The notes under the pieces are model-generated. The model saw nothing but the letters and a program-made list of their open reading frames with translations. It searched no databases and was not told the origin of the DNA. From positions 1,554,311-1,618,310 of the forward strand of contig CP070756.1 in NCBI GenBank assembly GCA_020348905.1: a stretch of DNA of 64,000 nt. Direction: 5' to 3'. A program made the translations under genes and the position numbers. Each line of letters opens with the position of its first letter. The first letter of the stretch is position 1. This document shows positions 8,404 to 18,346 of the stretch, one piece after another. This DNA is from Candidatus Zixiibacteriota bacterium. Its GTDB lineage: Bacteria; Zixibacteria; MSB-5A5; GN15; FEB-12.

Positions 8404-9579
8404 ATGTTAACGATCGCTTTTCGAAGGGCCGCCGGAAAGTACGCGTTTTTAGCTTTTTGGGCGGTTCTTTTTTGCTCCCCCATACTGGCTCAGGACAGCT
8501 CGCTCAACATGCTGGAGAGCGGCCTGAACGATCTCATTTACCGTCTTTCGCGTTCGGTTGTTACGGTAGAGAGTTTTTATCCCAGGCCTGCTAGTATCCG
8601 CAGCGGAGCCGGCGGTGACGCCCTGTACAACGTGATTGCGACAGGCGTCATATTTGATTCCTCCGGTCATGTTCTGACGGTGGCCTCTAATGTCGTCAAC
8701 CGCTCCAGAATACAGATTCGATTCGAAGACCAGACCGTTCCCGCCGAGGTGCAGGCGATTGACTACCAGACCGGGTTGGCCGTTTTGAGACTGGCCAGGC
8801 CGGTGGGAACGCCGGCCAGACTGAATCGTCAGCATGGTTGTGCCGGGCAGATGATTCTCGCCCTGGGCAACGCCTACGGACTTCGGGCGGCACCCTCAAT
8901 GGGCTTTTGTGCCGGGGTCAGACCTGATGGCGCGGTGCAGTTTACGGCTCCCATAACCTCGAGCACTCTTGGCGGCGGCCTGTTCGATCTTTCCGGGCAG
9001 CTTGTCGGGCTTATAACGGGAGGTATCGGGCAGGGCAATCGCACAGAAATCGGCCTGGCTGTGCCATCGGCACGAGTATCCGAAAGTGCGGAATATCTTC
9101 TGGCCCGCGGTGACCGTATGGCCGGATACCTTGGTTTGAGCACCGCTGAGATGGAGGTTTATCCTCCGCTCGAGATTGGTCAAAGCAGCCAATTGGTCAA
9201 CGATGGTAGCGGCGGCATGCTGATCGAACGCGCTGTGGTTATAACGGCCGTTGTACCATCCTCGCCTGCGGCGAAGGCCGGGTTGAAGGTTGGAGATCTG
9301 CTCTTCAGCGTCAATCGTCAGGCGGTACCTTCGGCTTTTCAGGTGGCGAATTTTGTCAAGCAGTCGATGCCGGGCACGGTCATCGAGTTGGGCATCATCA
9401 GGCAGAACCGTTCATACTTCGTGCCGGTGAAGGTGGGACAGGCGCAGACGCGGTCCTTCGAGTCTTCAATAAGTGTCTCTTTTGAACGAGTGGAATATTT
9501 TGACCTGACGGATTCGCTGCTTGGAGAAATCGAGGCCCTCAAGGCCACTATCAGGCACCTGGAGCGTCGCATAAGGTAG
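8404..9579 (+). CDS. HtrA/DegS-like trypsin-fold plus PDZ protein; catalytic triad apparently substituted
   Basis: Signal peptide, S1C-like core (ATGVIFDSSGHVLT, GLAVLRL, GLAVPS) and a PDZ domain (VVPSSPAAKAGLKVGDLLFSVNRQAV). The expected TNxHV, D(L/I)A and GNSGG motifs read TVASNV, TGLA and STLGGG. Confidence 0.75.
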   Translation: MLTIAFRRAAGKYAFLAFWAVLFCSPILAQDSSLNMLESGLNDLIYRLSRSVVTVESFYPRPASIRSGAGGDALYNVIATGVIFDSSGHVLTVASNVVNRSRIQIRFEDQTVPAEVQAIDYQTGLAVLRLARPVGTPARLNRQHGCAGQMILALGNAYGLRAAPSMGFCAGVRPDGAVQFTAPITSSTLGGGLFDLSGQLVGLITGGIGQGNRTEIGLAVPSARVSESAEYLLARGDRMAGYLGLSTAEMEVYPPLEIGQSSQLVNDGSGGMLIERAVVITAVVPSSPAAKAGLKVGDLLFSVNRQAVPSAFQVANFVKQSMPGTVIELGIIRQNRSYFVPVKVGQAQTRSFESSISVSFERVEYFDLTDSLLGEIEALKATIRHLERRIR

Positions 9580-9599
9580 TTTCTGATAGAAGTTTAACA

Positions 9600-10304
9600 T
9601 TGCCATTTTCCTCCGCCGACCATTTCTTAAACAACATGAATCTTACAGCCGACCGTGAGAGCTTTCTGGCTCGCCTTGACAGTTTCCGTCCGCAGGGTCA
9701 GGCCGGTGAGCGAGCATTGGCGATGTATTCGGCTGCTATAGCCCTGGCTGATGATCTGGCCATGACCCGGGCGGTTGAAGTTGGACGAAGATTGAGCCTT
9801 ACAGCGAATGTACTCTACGAGGTGGTTTTGCAGTCGTACCTGTTTTTGGGTTTTCCCCGGATGTTGACCGCCGCGGAGAACTTAAGCCGCACTTTTCCTG
9901 TAGAAAGTAATGAGTTTGAACTCAAAGCGATCAGCCCCGCCGAGTCACGGCAGTGGTTCGACCGGGGTCTGGAGCTGTGCCGAAAGGTTTACGCTGACAA
10001 GTACGAGGTCCTCATGAACAGGGTTGCCGCCATGGCGCCGGATGTTTTCCGCTGGATGATAATAGAAGGCTACGGCAAAGTGCTGTCGCGTCCATCGCTG
10101 GATATCATCAGCCGGGAATTGTCGATCATTGCTTTCTTGATGATGGAGAACCGGGTTAAGCAGCTTCATTCGCATATGACCGGCGCCCTGAATGTGGGCG
10201 CCTCACGAGAATTGATTCACTCGGTGGTCGACGACATTGGATCCGCTGCGGGGGACGGCTACGATTCCGCAAGGGATATTTTGGAACAATGGGGAAGAGA
10301 CTGA
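9600..10304 (+). CDS. AhpD-like / carboxymuconolactone decarboxylase family protein
   Basis: C-terminal RELSIIAFLMMENRVKQLHSHMTGALNVGASRELIHSVVDDIGSAAG resembles a CMD domain. The TTG start is uncertain; an alternative ATG lies at 9636. Confidence 0.5.
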   Translation: MPFSSADHFLNNMNLTADRESFLARLDSFRPQGQAGERALAMYSAAIALADDLAMTRAVEVGRRLSLTANVLYEVVLQSYLFLGFPRMLTAAENLSRTFPVESNEFELKAISPAESRQWFDRGLELCRKVYADKYEVLMNRVAAMAPDVFRWMIIEGYGKVLSRPSLDIISRELSIIAFLMMENRVKQLHSHMTGALNVGASRELIHSVVDDIGSAAGDGYDSARDILEQWGRD

Positions 10305-10305
10305 C

Positions 10306-13300
10306 ATGCGTCGCTGGCTTAAGATAATAGCGATTACTATCCTTACCCTGGTACTTCTGATAGGCGGAGCGTATCTGTACCTGTTTCACCTGGGCGGCAT
10401 AGAAACCGTTATCAACGCCAAGATATCCGGTCTTGTCGAACAGCGTTATCGCCTTGACGTCAAAATAGGAAGGGTCAAGGGGAGTTTTCTGTCTGATCTG
10501 GTAGTCGAAAACGTCGTCGTCTACTATGACGACCCTACCCGACGCTACCAGATACTTACCGTGCCCCGGATATCGGCGTCTTACGCACTGGCCAACATCT
10601 GGGAGGAGCGGTTCATTTTCGACTATCTGTTTGTCGACTCGGCCGAGATCGTCATGCTGCAGGATACCACGGGCGAGTGGGTTATTCCTGATTTCACGCC
10701 CAAGCGAGAGCCCGATGATACCGCCGCCACCAGGCTGCCGTCGTTTTCGGTCGGCAACCTGGGTCTGCGCGATCTGAGCATAAGGTTGGTGAAGCCCGAT
10801 GACACGGTGAGTTTCGATGATATTTTTGTGTCGCTGGCTTTTAAGGGCGAAGACAACACTTATTCGGTTGATGTTGAGCAATTTGAGTTTACCTCCAACA
10901 GGCAGAAGCTTCAGTTGAACGCGGCCGGCGGGAAGGTCACGCTCGCCGATAACCGGCTTCTGTTTCAGGATGTTGCTCTTGTTTCCGGGGATGTCCGGAT
11001 GAAATTGAGCGGCAATATAGACCTGGGTGGCCCGCCGGCAGGCATTGTATCGTTTGCCGCCGACAATATGGATCTTGCTGATGTTACGGCTTATGTCGGT
11101 CCGCGTCTGAAGGGGGTCGTTGATGTCAACGGTACGGTTAATTTCACCGGCAGCGCTTTGAGCGGCACCGTCGATATCGGCGGTGACTTCATGATGGCCA
11201 GTCTGCAGAATCTTTTCGTGGATTTTTCGTACGAGAACGGTTTTTTGTACTTCGACACGCTCTACGGCACGATTCTGGAGAACTGCGCCGTCGACGGAGG
11301 TGGTTACGTGGACTTCACCGAACGCCCGGAAACCTATATGTTAGAAGCGGACATCAAGGGTTTCAATCTGAACACTCTCGTGGGCGGCACTTTCGAGTCG
11401 GACCTCAACGGCAATATTATCATGTACGGCGAGTCATTTCGCAATGCTGACCTGGCTTTAGACCTGCACGCCGAATTGTACGAGTCGTCGTTCGATGAGT
11501 ATCCGATTCATCGGGGTTTCGGCGATGTTCTGATTACGACCGACTCGCTCATATTTCTCGATTCGTTTCGCGTCAATTACTACGAGAATCTGTTTTATGC
11601 CTCAGGCAAGATCGACTACGGTGAGGGCATCGACCTGGATATTGCCATCGATCTGCCCAACCTTGACCGATACCGGGGCAAGCTGTTTATCGATCAGCCG
11701 GGGGGCCGCGGCCGGGCGCGGGCAACCCTGACCGGCCAGACATCGGACCCCGATCTCAGAGGATATTTCACATCCGATTCGATATGGATCTACGGTTTGT
11801 ACAGTGATAGCATGTACGCTACGGTCGAGATTGACCGGTTCCTCAGCCGCAAGCTTGGTACGGTTGAGGTCGATTTCTTTGATGGTACCGTTTATGAGAC
11901 TCCTTACGACACCGGGTACGCTCTACTGCGAGTGGATTCCAACCTGGTGTTTTTTGACACGGCGCGCATAGCCAATCCTTTCACCAGCCTGGTCGTAGCC
12001 GGTGACTACGATTACGAAGCGATACCTGGACTGTTAACCGTAGACAGTCTTAGCCTGGATTTGTTCGGGCAAGACTTCTACAACCGTTCAAAAATCGTGG
12101 TCGAGGTGGATTCGCTCGGGTTCCAGTTCACGCAGGCGGCCATCGGTAACAACGGAGCCGGCCTGACGGTGCGGGGCAGGGCCAATTACGATGAAACGAT
12201 GGACATGATGTTATCGGTGTCACACCTGCCGATCGAACCCTGGAAGAATTTGTTTGTGGAAAGCCTTTTGGTGACGGGATACCTGTCGGCGGAGGCATCG
12301 CTAACGGGCTCCTTTGCGGAGCCGCAGTTTATCATCAACGCTTTTCTGGATTCGCTCGAGTACGAAGGTTTGCTCCTGGGTGATATCGCCACGAGCGTGA
12401 CCTACGATAACCGTCTTTTGAATATCGAGAATTTCCAATTGCTGTCCGAGTACGGTGATTACCGGGCCGACGGCTCTTTCTATGTGGACCTGGCGTTCAC
12501 GGCCGACTCGCTGGAGCGATTTCCCGATTTGCCCATGGAGATACGAATCGCCGCGGTCGACAGCCGCTTCGACCTGGTCAGCCTGTTGCAGCCGTCGGTG
12601 GAGGACCTCACAGGCGACTTTTTCGCTGATTTCGTTCTCTCCGGGACGCCGCTCGACCCACACCTTGAGGGTGAGGCCTTCATGATCAACCCGCGACTGA
12701 AGTATTTCGACCTCGAGGAAAGACTGTTCGGTGATTCAATCTCGGTGACCATGGAGAACAATCGGATTATTATCGATACGCTCGAGGCGTACTATGCGAA
12801 AGACACGACCAACCTATCCGAGCGAGTATCGGTGTTTGCGAGGGGTACTATCACGGTGATGTCACTCGATCGGTTCTACTACGATCTTGATGTGCGCGTA
12901 CCGGAGAAGTTTCCTTTCAGGTATGAACTTGATGACATTTCCGGTGAATTCGAAGGAAATTTACGCGTCGAGGGGGACTCGCCGCCGCGGGTTGTCGGCG
13001 ATCTGGAGATGAGCAGCATGCGGTACCTGGTCAATTTTGCCGAGCCGAATGAACTGTCGCCGGTGATCAAAGCGTTTGAGGGGGACAACCTGTGGGATCT
13101 GGAGGTCGACTTCAGCATTCCATCCAACTACTGGATCAAGAATGAAGATATCGATGCCGAGTTCGCCGGCGAGGTGACGATGCTGCGCAACGCCGGGGTG
13201 TATAGCTTTGTCGGTCAGATGGAGGTGCTGCGCGGTCGGGGCTTCCTGTTTGATAAGATCTTCCAACTCGAACCGGGAGGCCTGGTGACCTTTGAAGGAG

Positions 13301-13854
13301 GTGAGACTTTCAACCCGCTGCTGGAAATTGAAGCCAACACTTACATCGCCGGTAGTCGTGGGACGGACGAAGAAGACCGCAATATTGAACAGCTGCGCCT
13401 GGGTATCCTGATAACCGGTACGCTTGAAGAGCCGGAGATAAATGTCACCGAGGATTCCGATGTCGGGTCGCGCGAGGATATCTTGCCGTTGATTGTAGCC
13501 AACCAGTACGCCGGGGAGGGTGGAACCGCCACGACCAGCCTGGAGACGAGAGTAGCCAGCCTGGTATCGACCCAGTTGTCTCAGATCGGTTCGCGTCAGC
13601 TGGGCCGGCTGGGTGTTGAGACTTTCGAACTCGACCCCGGTTACTCCGGCGAGTTTGATCCGCTGGAAACCAGGGTTACACTGGGCCGGTACTGGACGCC
13701 ACACTTTTACACTTATGGCAGATCTTCGCTTTCGGGACAAAGCCGTCAGGAAGTCGGGTTTGAATACCGGTTCAATAAGTCGGTCATTCTGGAGGGACTT
13801 CGTGACGAGGATGAGCTGTACCACCTTAACCTCAAACTCAACTGGGAATTCTAA
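10306..13854 (+). CDS. tamB: Translocation and assembly module protein TamB (AsmA-like, DUF490 C-terminus)
   Basis: 1182 aa with an N-terminal anchor MRRWLKIIAITILTLVLLIGGAYLYLF, a long beta-rich body and a C-terminus ...GRYWTPHFYTYGRS...GFEYRFNKSVILEG...LNLKLNWEF. Start at the ATG at 10306, just after the previous stop. Confidence 0.8.
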   Translation: MRRWLKIIAITILTLVLLIGGAYLYLFHLGGIETVINAKISGLVEQRYRLDVKIGRVKGSFLSDLVVENVVVYYDDPTRRYQILTVPRISASYALANIWEERFIFDYLFVDSAEIVMLQDTTGEWVIPDFTPKREPDDTAATRLPSFSVGNLGLRDLSIRLVKPDDTVSFDDIFVSLAFKGEDNTYSVDVEQFEFTSNRQKLQLNAAGGKVTLADNRLLFQDVALVSGDVRMKLSGNIDLGGPPAGIVSFAADNMDLADVTAYVGPRLKGVVDVNGTVNFTGSALSGTVDIGGDFMMASLQNLFVDFSYENGFLYFDTLYGTILENCAVDGGGYVDFTERPETYMLEADIKGFNLNTLVGGTFESDLNGNIIMYGESFRNADLALDLHAELYESSFDEYPIHRGFGDVLITTDSLIFLDSFRVNYYENLFYASGKIDYGEGIDLDIAIDLPNLDRYRGKLFIDQPGGRGRARATLTGQTSDPDLRGYFTSDSIWIYGLYSDSMYATVEIDRFLSRKLGTVEVDFFDGTVYETPYDTGYALLRVDSNLVFFDTARIANPFTSLVVAGDYDYEAIPGLLTVDSLSLDLFGQDFYNRSKIVVEVDSLGFQFTQAAIGNNGAGLTVRGRANYDETMDMMLSVSHLPIEPWKNLFVESLLVTGYLSAEASLTGSFAEPQFIINAFLDSLEYEGLLLGDIATSVTYDNRLLNIENFQLLSEYGDYRADGSFYVDLAFTADSLERFPDLPMEIRIAAVDSRFDLVSLLQPSVEDLTGDFFADFVLSGTPLDPHLEGEAFMINPRLKYFDLEERLFGDSISVTMENNRIIIDTLEAYYAKDTTNLSERVSVFARGTITVMSLDRFYYDLDVRVPEKFPFRYELDDISGEFEGNLRVEGDSPPRVVGDLEMSSMRYLVNFAEPNELSPVIKAFEGDNLWDLEVDFSIPSNYWIKNEDIDAEFAGEVTMLRNAGVYSFVGQMEVLRGRGFLFDKIFQLEPGGLVTFEGGETFNPLLEIEANTYIAGSRGTDEEDRNIEQLRLGILITGTLEEPEINVTEDSDVGSREDILPLIVANQYAGEGGTATTSLETRVASLVSTQLSQIGSRQLGRLGVETFELDPGYSGEFDPLETRVTLGRYWTPHFYTYGRSSLSGQSRQEVGFEYRFNKSVILEGLRDEDELYHLNLKLNWEF

Positions 13855-15771
13855 GTGCTGAGAAAGACGCTGCTGCTTTTTGCCTTTTCATCGCTTTTAT
13901 CCGTGGCCTGGGGCCAGACCATCGACCGGGGCACCCTGCGCTGGATGCGTGACCGACCCATCATTGATTCGATTGTCATTGAAGGCAACCAGGCTATTTC
14001 GGATTCGCGGATTCGCTCGCGGATGTACTCCAAGGTGCGGACATTCTTCGATATGCTCAAAGGGGAGAGGCGGAGCCGGCTGCAGCGCGAAACCTACGAC
14101 CGCGATACCCTCGAGATAAAGTACCTGTATCTGACCAACGGCTACCTGGGTGTAAGGGTCAGTGAGTCGTTCGAGGTTCTTCCGGTGGATTCTACCGCCC
14201 TGATAAAAATCGCCATCGACGAAGGCCGGCAGTATTTTTACGGCGACAAGGCGGTTGAGGGAGATTTTCATCCGGGCTTTGCGATACGTTTTGAAAAGAT
14301 TTATCGAAGACTGAAGACGGGCCAGCCGGTGAACCCATTGGCTCTGAGACAAGTCGCTTTCGATATGAAAACGTCACTTGCCAACAACGGCTACCCTTAT
14401 GCCAGTGTTACTTTCGAATTCGACACGGTTATATCGCCTCCTGTTACACCCATCGCTTTCACCGTTGTTACTGATTCGGTGGTGCATTTCGGCGACGTTT
14501 TGATTCAAGGGACCGCGAATTATCCCGAGTTTGTCGCCCGCCGGGAACTGAAGATCAAGCCGGGTGACCTTTACCGGCGGCAGGCTATCGTTGATTCCCA
14601 GAGGCGGCTGTTCGAGTCCGGGTACTTCAGTTACCTCCAGCTGGAGAGGATGGAGACCAACGGTGACCGCCTGAATCCCGATTTCCGTCTCAAGGTCCGC
14701 GAGAGACGTCCTAAATTCATTTCGGTCAAGACCGGTGCCGGTCAGTCGGAACTGAAAGACCTGATTTGGGATTTTTCGTTTGGTGCCGGCAAGCGCAATT
14801 TCATCGGCTCGCGGAGGGTGAGCCTCACTTCCGACTACTCATTTTCACTCGGTGAGGAGTCCCGGCTAATCACCCATCGCTATCGGCTCCGATATACCGA
14901 GCCATGGTTTTTGGGTTTCAGGATGCCGCTTACGCTGACCGGCGAGTATGAGCCGCCGATTAAATCAACACTTCAAGATTTTACTATAACATCTTGGGGT
15001 GTATCAGCATCTACTATTAAATGGTTTGGCGACAAGGTCAAGACCACCACCGGCGTGGAGTACAACGAGGTCAAGATATCGGATGTTCCTCCCGAGCTGG
15101 AGCAGGAGTTGAAGGAGGCGGAGGGAATATCGGCCCGGCGCAAGATTTACACCGTCTACCGGCGCGACAGCCGCGACAATATCTTCATACCGAGACGCGG
15201 CTCGCTCAGCGACATGTCGGTCGAGTTTTTCGGAGGGTTCTTAGGAGGCGACGACGACTTCTACAAGATCGAGGCGAGTTGGGGGCGGTATCAGACAGTC
15301 TGGCCGGGGTGGATTTCGGCCACGCGGCTGAAGGGGGGGTACGTTACCGAATTCGGCGATTCCGAGGTCGTTCCCAAAGATGAGCTTCTGTATCTGGGCG
15401 GTGCCAACACCATAAGGGGTTTCAAAGAGAATACGCTCGGACCGCTTCGTGAGGATGGCTCGGCTGAAGGTGCCCGGATTACCCTGATTTTCAACCAGGA
15501 GTTCCGGTGGAAGACGATTCAGGTTTTGAAGGCGATTCCCTGGCGCGTTTTTGAAGAATTGCCACTGTGGCAATCGGTCTTCCTTGATGTTGGTAACGGT
15601 TTTCGTAATGATACAGAGATAGCGATTGACAACCTGGCTGTCAGCTATGGCACCGGTTTTCAGATTGTCTCACCGGCCGGACCGATACGTATCGACTATG
15701 CCCGGCGCGTCAAGACGGAGAAATATGACTTTGACAGCCGATGGCACTTCACTATATTATATGCCTTTTGA
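13855..15771 (+). CDS. tamA: Omp85-family outer-membrane protein with POTRA repeats, TamA-like
   Basis: Signal peptide, POTRA-like repeats (IDSIVIEGNQAISDSRI, GDVLIQGTANYPE) and a C-terminal barrel with GGANTIRGF and terminal ...FTILYAF. The GTG start abuts the tamB stop. Confidence 0.75.
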   Translation: MLRKTLLLFAFSSLLSVAWGQTIDRGTLRWMRDRPIIDSIVIEGNQAISDSRIRSRMYSKVRTFFDMLKGERRSRLQRETYDRDTLEIKYLYLTNGYLGVRVSESFEVLPVDSTALIKIAIDEGRQYFYGDKAVEGDFHPGFAIRFEKIYRRLKTGQPVNPLALRQVAFDMKTSLANNGYPYASVTFEFDTVISPPVTPIAFTVVTDSVVHFGDVLIQGTANYPEFVARRELKIKPGDLYRRQAIVDSQRRLFESGYFSYLQLERMETNGDRLNPDFRLKVRERRPKFISVKTGAGQSELKDLIWDFSFGAGKRNFIGSRRVSLTSDYSFSLGEESRLITHRYRLRYTEPWFLGFRMPLTLTGEYEPPIKSTLQDFTITSWGVSASTIKWFGDKVKTTTGVEYNEVKISDVPPELEQELKEAEGISARRKIYTVYRRDSRDNIFIPRRGSLSDMSVEFFGGFLGGDDDFYKIEASWGRYQTVWPGWISATRLKGGYVTEFGDSEVVPKDELLYLGGANTIRGFKENTLGPLREDGSAEGARITLIFNQEFRWKTIQVLKAIPWRVFEELPLWQSVFLDVGNGFRNDTEIAIDNLAVSYGTGFQIVSPAGPIRIDYARRVKTEKYDFDSRWHFTILYAF

Positions 15772-15857
15772 CGAGCTGTTGGCGGCCGGAACAACCGGCC
15801 TGACGACAACGTTTTAAGTTGATATAGCATTATTAGACAGGTTATTGGGGAATTCAA

Positions 15858-17027
15858 ATGGAATCGATATATCTCGACCACAACGCCACCACGCCGGTTG
15901 ATCCTGAGGTCGTTCAGGCCATGCTGCCTTACCTGTCGGGAAACTTTGGCAATGCCAGTTCGGTTCACGCCTTTGGCCGCGACGGCAAAGTAGCCCTCGA
16001 AAACGCCCGCGAGATGATCGCATCGGTCATAAACTGCGAGCCTTCGGAGCTGTATTTCACTTCGGGCGGAACCGAATCAGACAATATCGCCGTCCTTGGC
16101 ACTGCCCATCGGTTCAAGGGCAGGAAGGACCATATCATAGTGGGCGCCGCCGAGCATCACGCTGTTTTGGAACCGGCCGAGTACCTGGCTCACAGCGAAG
16201 ATTTCAAGTTGGACCTGTTGCCGGTTGATGGCGAGGGTTTCTCGTCGCCCGAGCAGTTGAAAGAGCTTGTCACCGATCGGACGGCCCTGGTCTCGGTGAT
16301 GCACGCCAATAATGAAACCGGTACAGTTCAGGATATAGGCGGACTGGTCGAAGTGACGCACGCCAAGAATTGCCTGTTCCACACCGATGCCGTTCAGTCC
16401 ACGGGTAAGATCAAGGTAGATGTGAAGCGCATGGGTGTCGATATGGCTACCATAACGGCGCACAAGATTTATGGCCCCAAGGGAATCGGAGGCCTGTATG
16501 TCCGGGCAGGGGTGAAGGTGTCGCCACTTTTTTACGGCGGAGCACATGAGAAGAAACGCCGCCCCGGCACGGAAAACGTCGCCGGCGCGGTCGGATTTGC
16601 CAAAGCGCTTGAAATAGCCATGCGCCGCCAGGAGGATGATTTCCGTAACATGAGCGAGCTGGCCGATTACTTCATCGACAAAGTCATCGGAAGCATACCT
16701 GATGTCATGCTGAACGGGCCGAGGAAGAACCGCATTCCCCAGACAATGAATATGTCGTTTAACGGTGTCGAAGGGGAGTCGGTTGTTCTGGCCCTGGATC
16801 TCAAGGGGATTGCCTGTTCGTCGGGATCGGCCTGTACCTCCGGGGCCACCGAACCCTCGCACGTGCTGAAGGCGATGGGTGCCGAGGCCGTATCGGCCCA
16901 GGGGGCCATTCGTTTCTCTCTCGGTCGCTCGACTACAAGGGATCAGCTCGATTATGTTATCTCCGTTTTGCCCGAGGTAATCGGCAAACTGCGCGAGATG
17001 TCGCCTTTTTACAGTCAGCAAAAGTAA
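15858..17027 (+). CDS. nifS: Cysteine desulfurase (NifS/IscS type, class V aminotransferase)
   Basis: IYLDHNATTP, TSGGTESDN, HTDAVQ, ITAHKIYGPKG (PLP Lys) and the active-site loop SSGSACTSG. Confidence 0.9.
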   Translation: MESIYLDHNATTPVDPEVVQAMLPYLSGNFGNASSVHAFGRDGKVALENAREMIASVINCEPSELYFTSGGTESDNIAVLGTAHRFKGRKDHIIVGAAEHHAVLEPAEYLAHSEDFKLDLLPVDGEGFSSPEQLKELVTDRTALVSVMHANNETGTVQDIGGLVEVTHAKNCLFHTDAVQSTGKIKVDVKRMGVDMATITAHKIYGPKGIGGLYVRAGVKVSPLFYGGAHEKKRRPGTENVAGAVGFAKALEIAMRRQEDDFRNMSELADYFIDKVIGSIPDVMLNGPRKNRIPQTMNMSFNGVEGESVVLALDLKGIACSSGSACTSGATEPSHVLKAMGAEAVSAQGAIRFSLGRSTTRDQLDYVISVLPEVIGKLREMSPFYSQQK

Positions 17028-17053
17028 CATACCGGTCACACAGGGCGAAAGGT

Positions 17054-17077
17054 AAGGGTCGCTCGGCGACCCTTTTG
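17054..17077 (+). terminator. Hairpin plus short T-run between nifS and mnmA (weak terminator or attenuator)
   Basis: AAGGGTCGC-tcg-GCGACCCTT followed by TTGTCT. Confidence 0.4.
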
Positions 17078-17091
17078 TCTGGATAGTAACA

Positions 17092-18177
17092 ATGATCCAA
17101 AAAGTTCTGGTAGCCATGTCGGGGGGGGTGGACTCATCGGTGGCGGCGTTGCTGCTTCGCGAGATGGGTTACGATGTGGTCGGGGCCCACATGAAGCTGT
17201 GGGATTATGTTGATGTGGGTGGTGATATCCACAAAGACGGCCGCTGCTGCACGCTGGACTCCATCAATGACTGCCGGATGATCTGCAACGCGATAAGTGC
17301 TCCCTTCTACGTCCTGAACCTGTCACAGCAGTTCAAAGAGAAAGTGATCGAGGATTTCGTGGCCGAGTATCGCGCCGGCCGTACGCCTAACCCCTGCGTG
17401 AGATGCAACATCGATGTCAAGTGGAGCGAGTTCCTTCGCAAGGCCAATGAGGTCGGATGCGACTATATTGCCACCGGCCATTATGCCATAGTCGAACAGG
17501 AGGAAGACGGCCGCTGCCAGATTCGCAAGGGGACCGACAAGAGCCGTGACCAGTCGTACGTGCTGTGGGGGATATCTCAGGAGGCGCTGTCAAAGACGAT
17601 TATGCCGCTGGGGGCGATGCTGAAATCGGAAGTACGGTCGCTGGCCAAGCGGTACGGTTTGCGCACGGCCGAGAAAACGGAATCGCGCGAGATATGTTTT
17701 GTGGCCGACGACGATTACCACCGGTTTCTGACTGAATACGAGGCCAAGGAGGGCCGGACGTATCAGCCGGGGGATATTGTTCATCAGGACGGGCGCGTTC
17801 TGGGTCAGCACAAGGGGACGCCTTTTTACACAATCGGTCAGCGCAAGGGGCTTGGCATAGCCCATCCTACGCCGCTATACGTTCAGAAGATTGATGTGGC
17901 CAACAATCGTATCATTGTCGGTGATGATGAGGCCCTCTTCGAGCAGGAATGTGAAGTGGAAAACGTTAACTGGGTGAGCATATCGCCGCCGGAGCTTCCG
18001 GAGCAGGCCGAGGTGAAGATTAGGTACCTGCATCCGGCGGCATCGGCTACGGTAACGCCCTTGACCGACCGGACGGTCCACGTTATATTTGACGAAAAGC
18101 AGCGCGCTATCACGCCCGGCCAATCGGCTGTTTTTTACCGCGGCGACCTTCTTCTCGGCGGCGGGGTTATAGCTTAG
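17092..18177 (+). CDS. mnmA: tRNA 2-thiouridine(34) synthase MnmA
   Basis: PP-loop VLVAMSGGVDSSVAA, NPCVRCN, ATGHYA and DQSYVLW motifs along the full length. Confidence 0.95.
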   Translation: MIQKVLVAMSGGVDSSVAALLLREMGYDVVGAHMKLWDYVDVGGDIHKDGRCCTLDSINDCRMICNAISAPFYVLNLSQQFKEKVIEDFVAEYRAGRTPNPCVRCNIDVKWSEFLRKANEVGCDYIATGHYAIVEQEEDGRCQIRKGTDKSRDQSYVLWGISQEALSKTIMPLGAMLKSEVRSLAKRYGLRTAEKTESREICFVADDDYHRFLTEYEAKEGRTYQPGDIVHQDGRVLGQHKGTPFYTIGQRKGLGIAHPTPLYVQKIDVANNRIIVGDDEALFEQECEVENVNWVSISPPELPEQAEVKIRYLHPAASATVTPLTDRTVHVIFDEKQRAITPGQSAVFYRGDLLLGGGVIA

Positions 18178-18221
18178 TGCGAAGCGTGATCAGGCTCCTT
18201 CCAGCCCCCGATTTTAACTTC

Positions 18222-18250
18222 TTGACAAAATGCGGTTCGGCTGATATTTT
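18222..18250 (+). promoter_or_regulatory. Candidate sigma-70 promoter for the first radical-SAM gene
   Basis: TTGACA, 17 nt, TATTTT, located about 95 nt upstream of the ATG at 18347. Confidence 0.35.
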
Positions 18251-18346
18251 GGGAAAGTAATTGCTTCCGCGCTCGAAGTGGGCGTTTGTAGTTGCAGCAC
18301 AATCCTCACCATATATTACACCAAACCCTCATGCGAAAAGAGCCGG

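Noticed and set aside
16077-17117. 346-aa ORF on the minus strand, antisense to nifS
   Set aside because: It lies entirely within and opposite a CDS with unmistakable cysteine-desulfurase motifs. Its product is Arg/Gly-rich with no motif. This is a typical shadow ORF of a GC-rich coding strand. The same reasoning applies to 12961-13824(-), 54363-55166(-), 24866-25585(-), 25686-26384(-), 10156-10881(-), 39298-39909(-), 53218-53820(-) and the many 60-180-aa nested ORFs in the track.
18278-18346. Cys-rich 23-aa N-terminal extension (MGVCSCSTILTIYYTKPSCEKSR) in frame with the first radical-SAM enzyme, considered as a fused leader or core peptide
   Set aside because: There is no SD before the GTG, and the conserved maturase N-terminus begins at the downstream ATG at 18347. 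It cannot be distinguished from untranslated leader sequence using this window alone.
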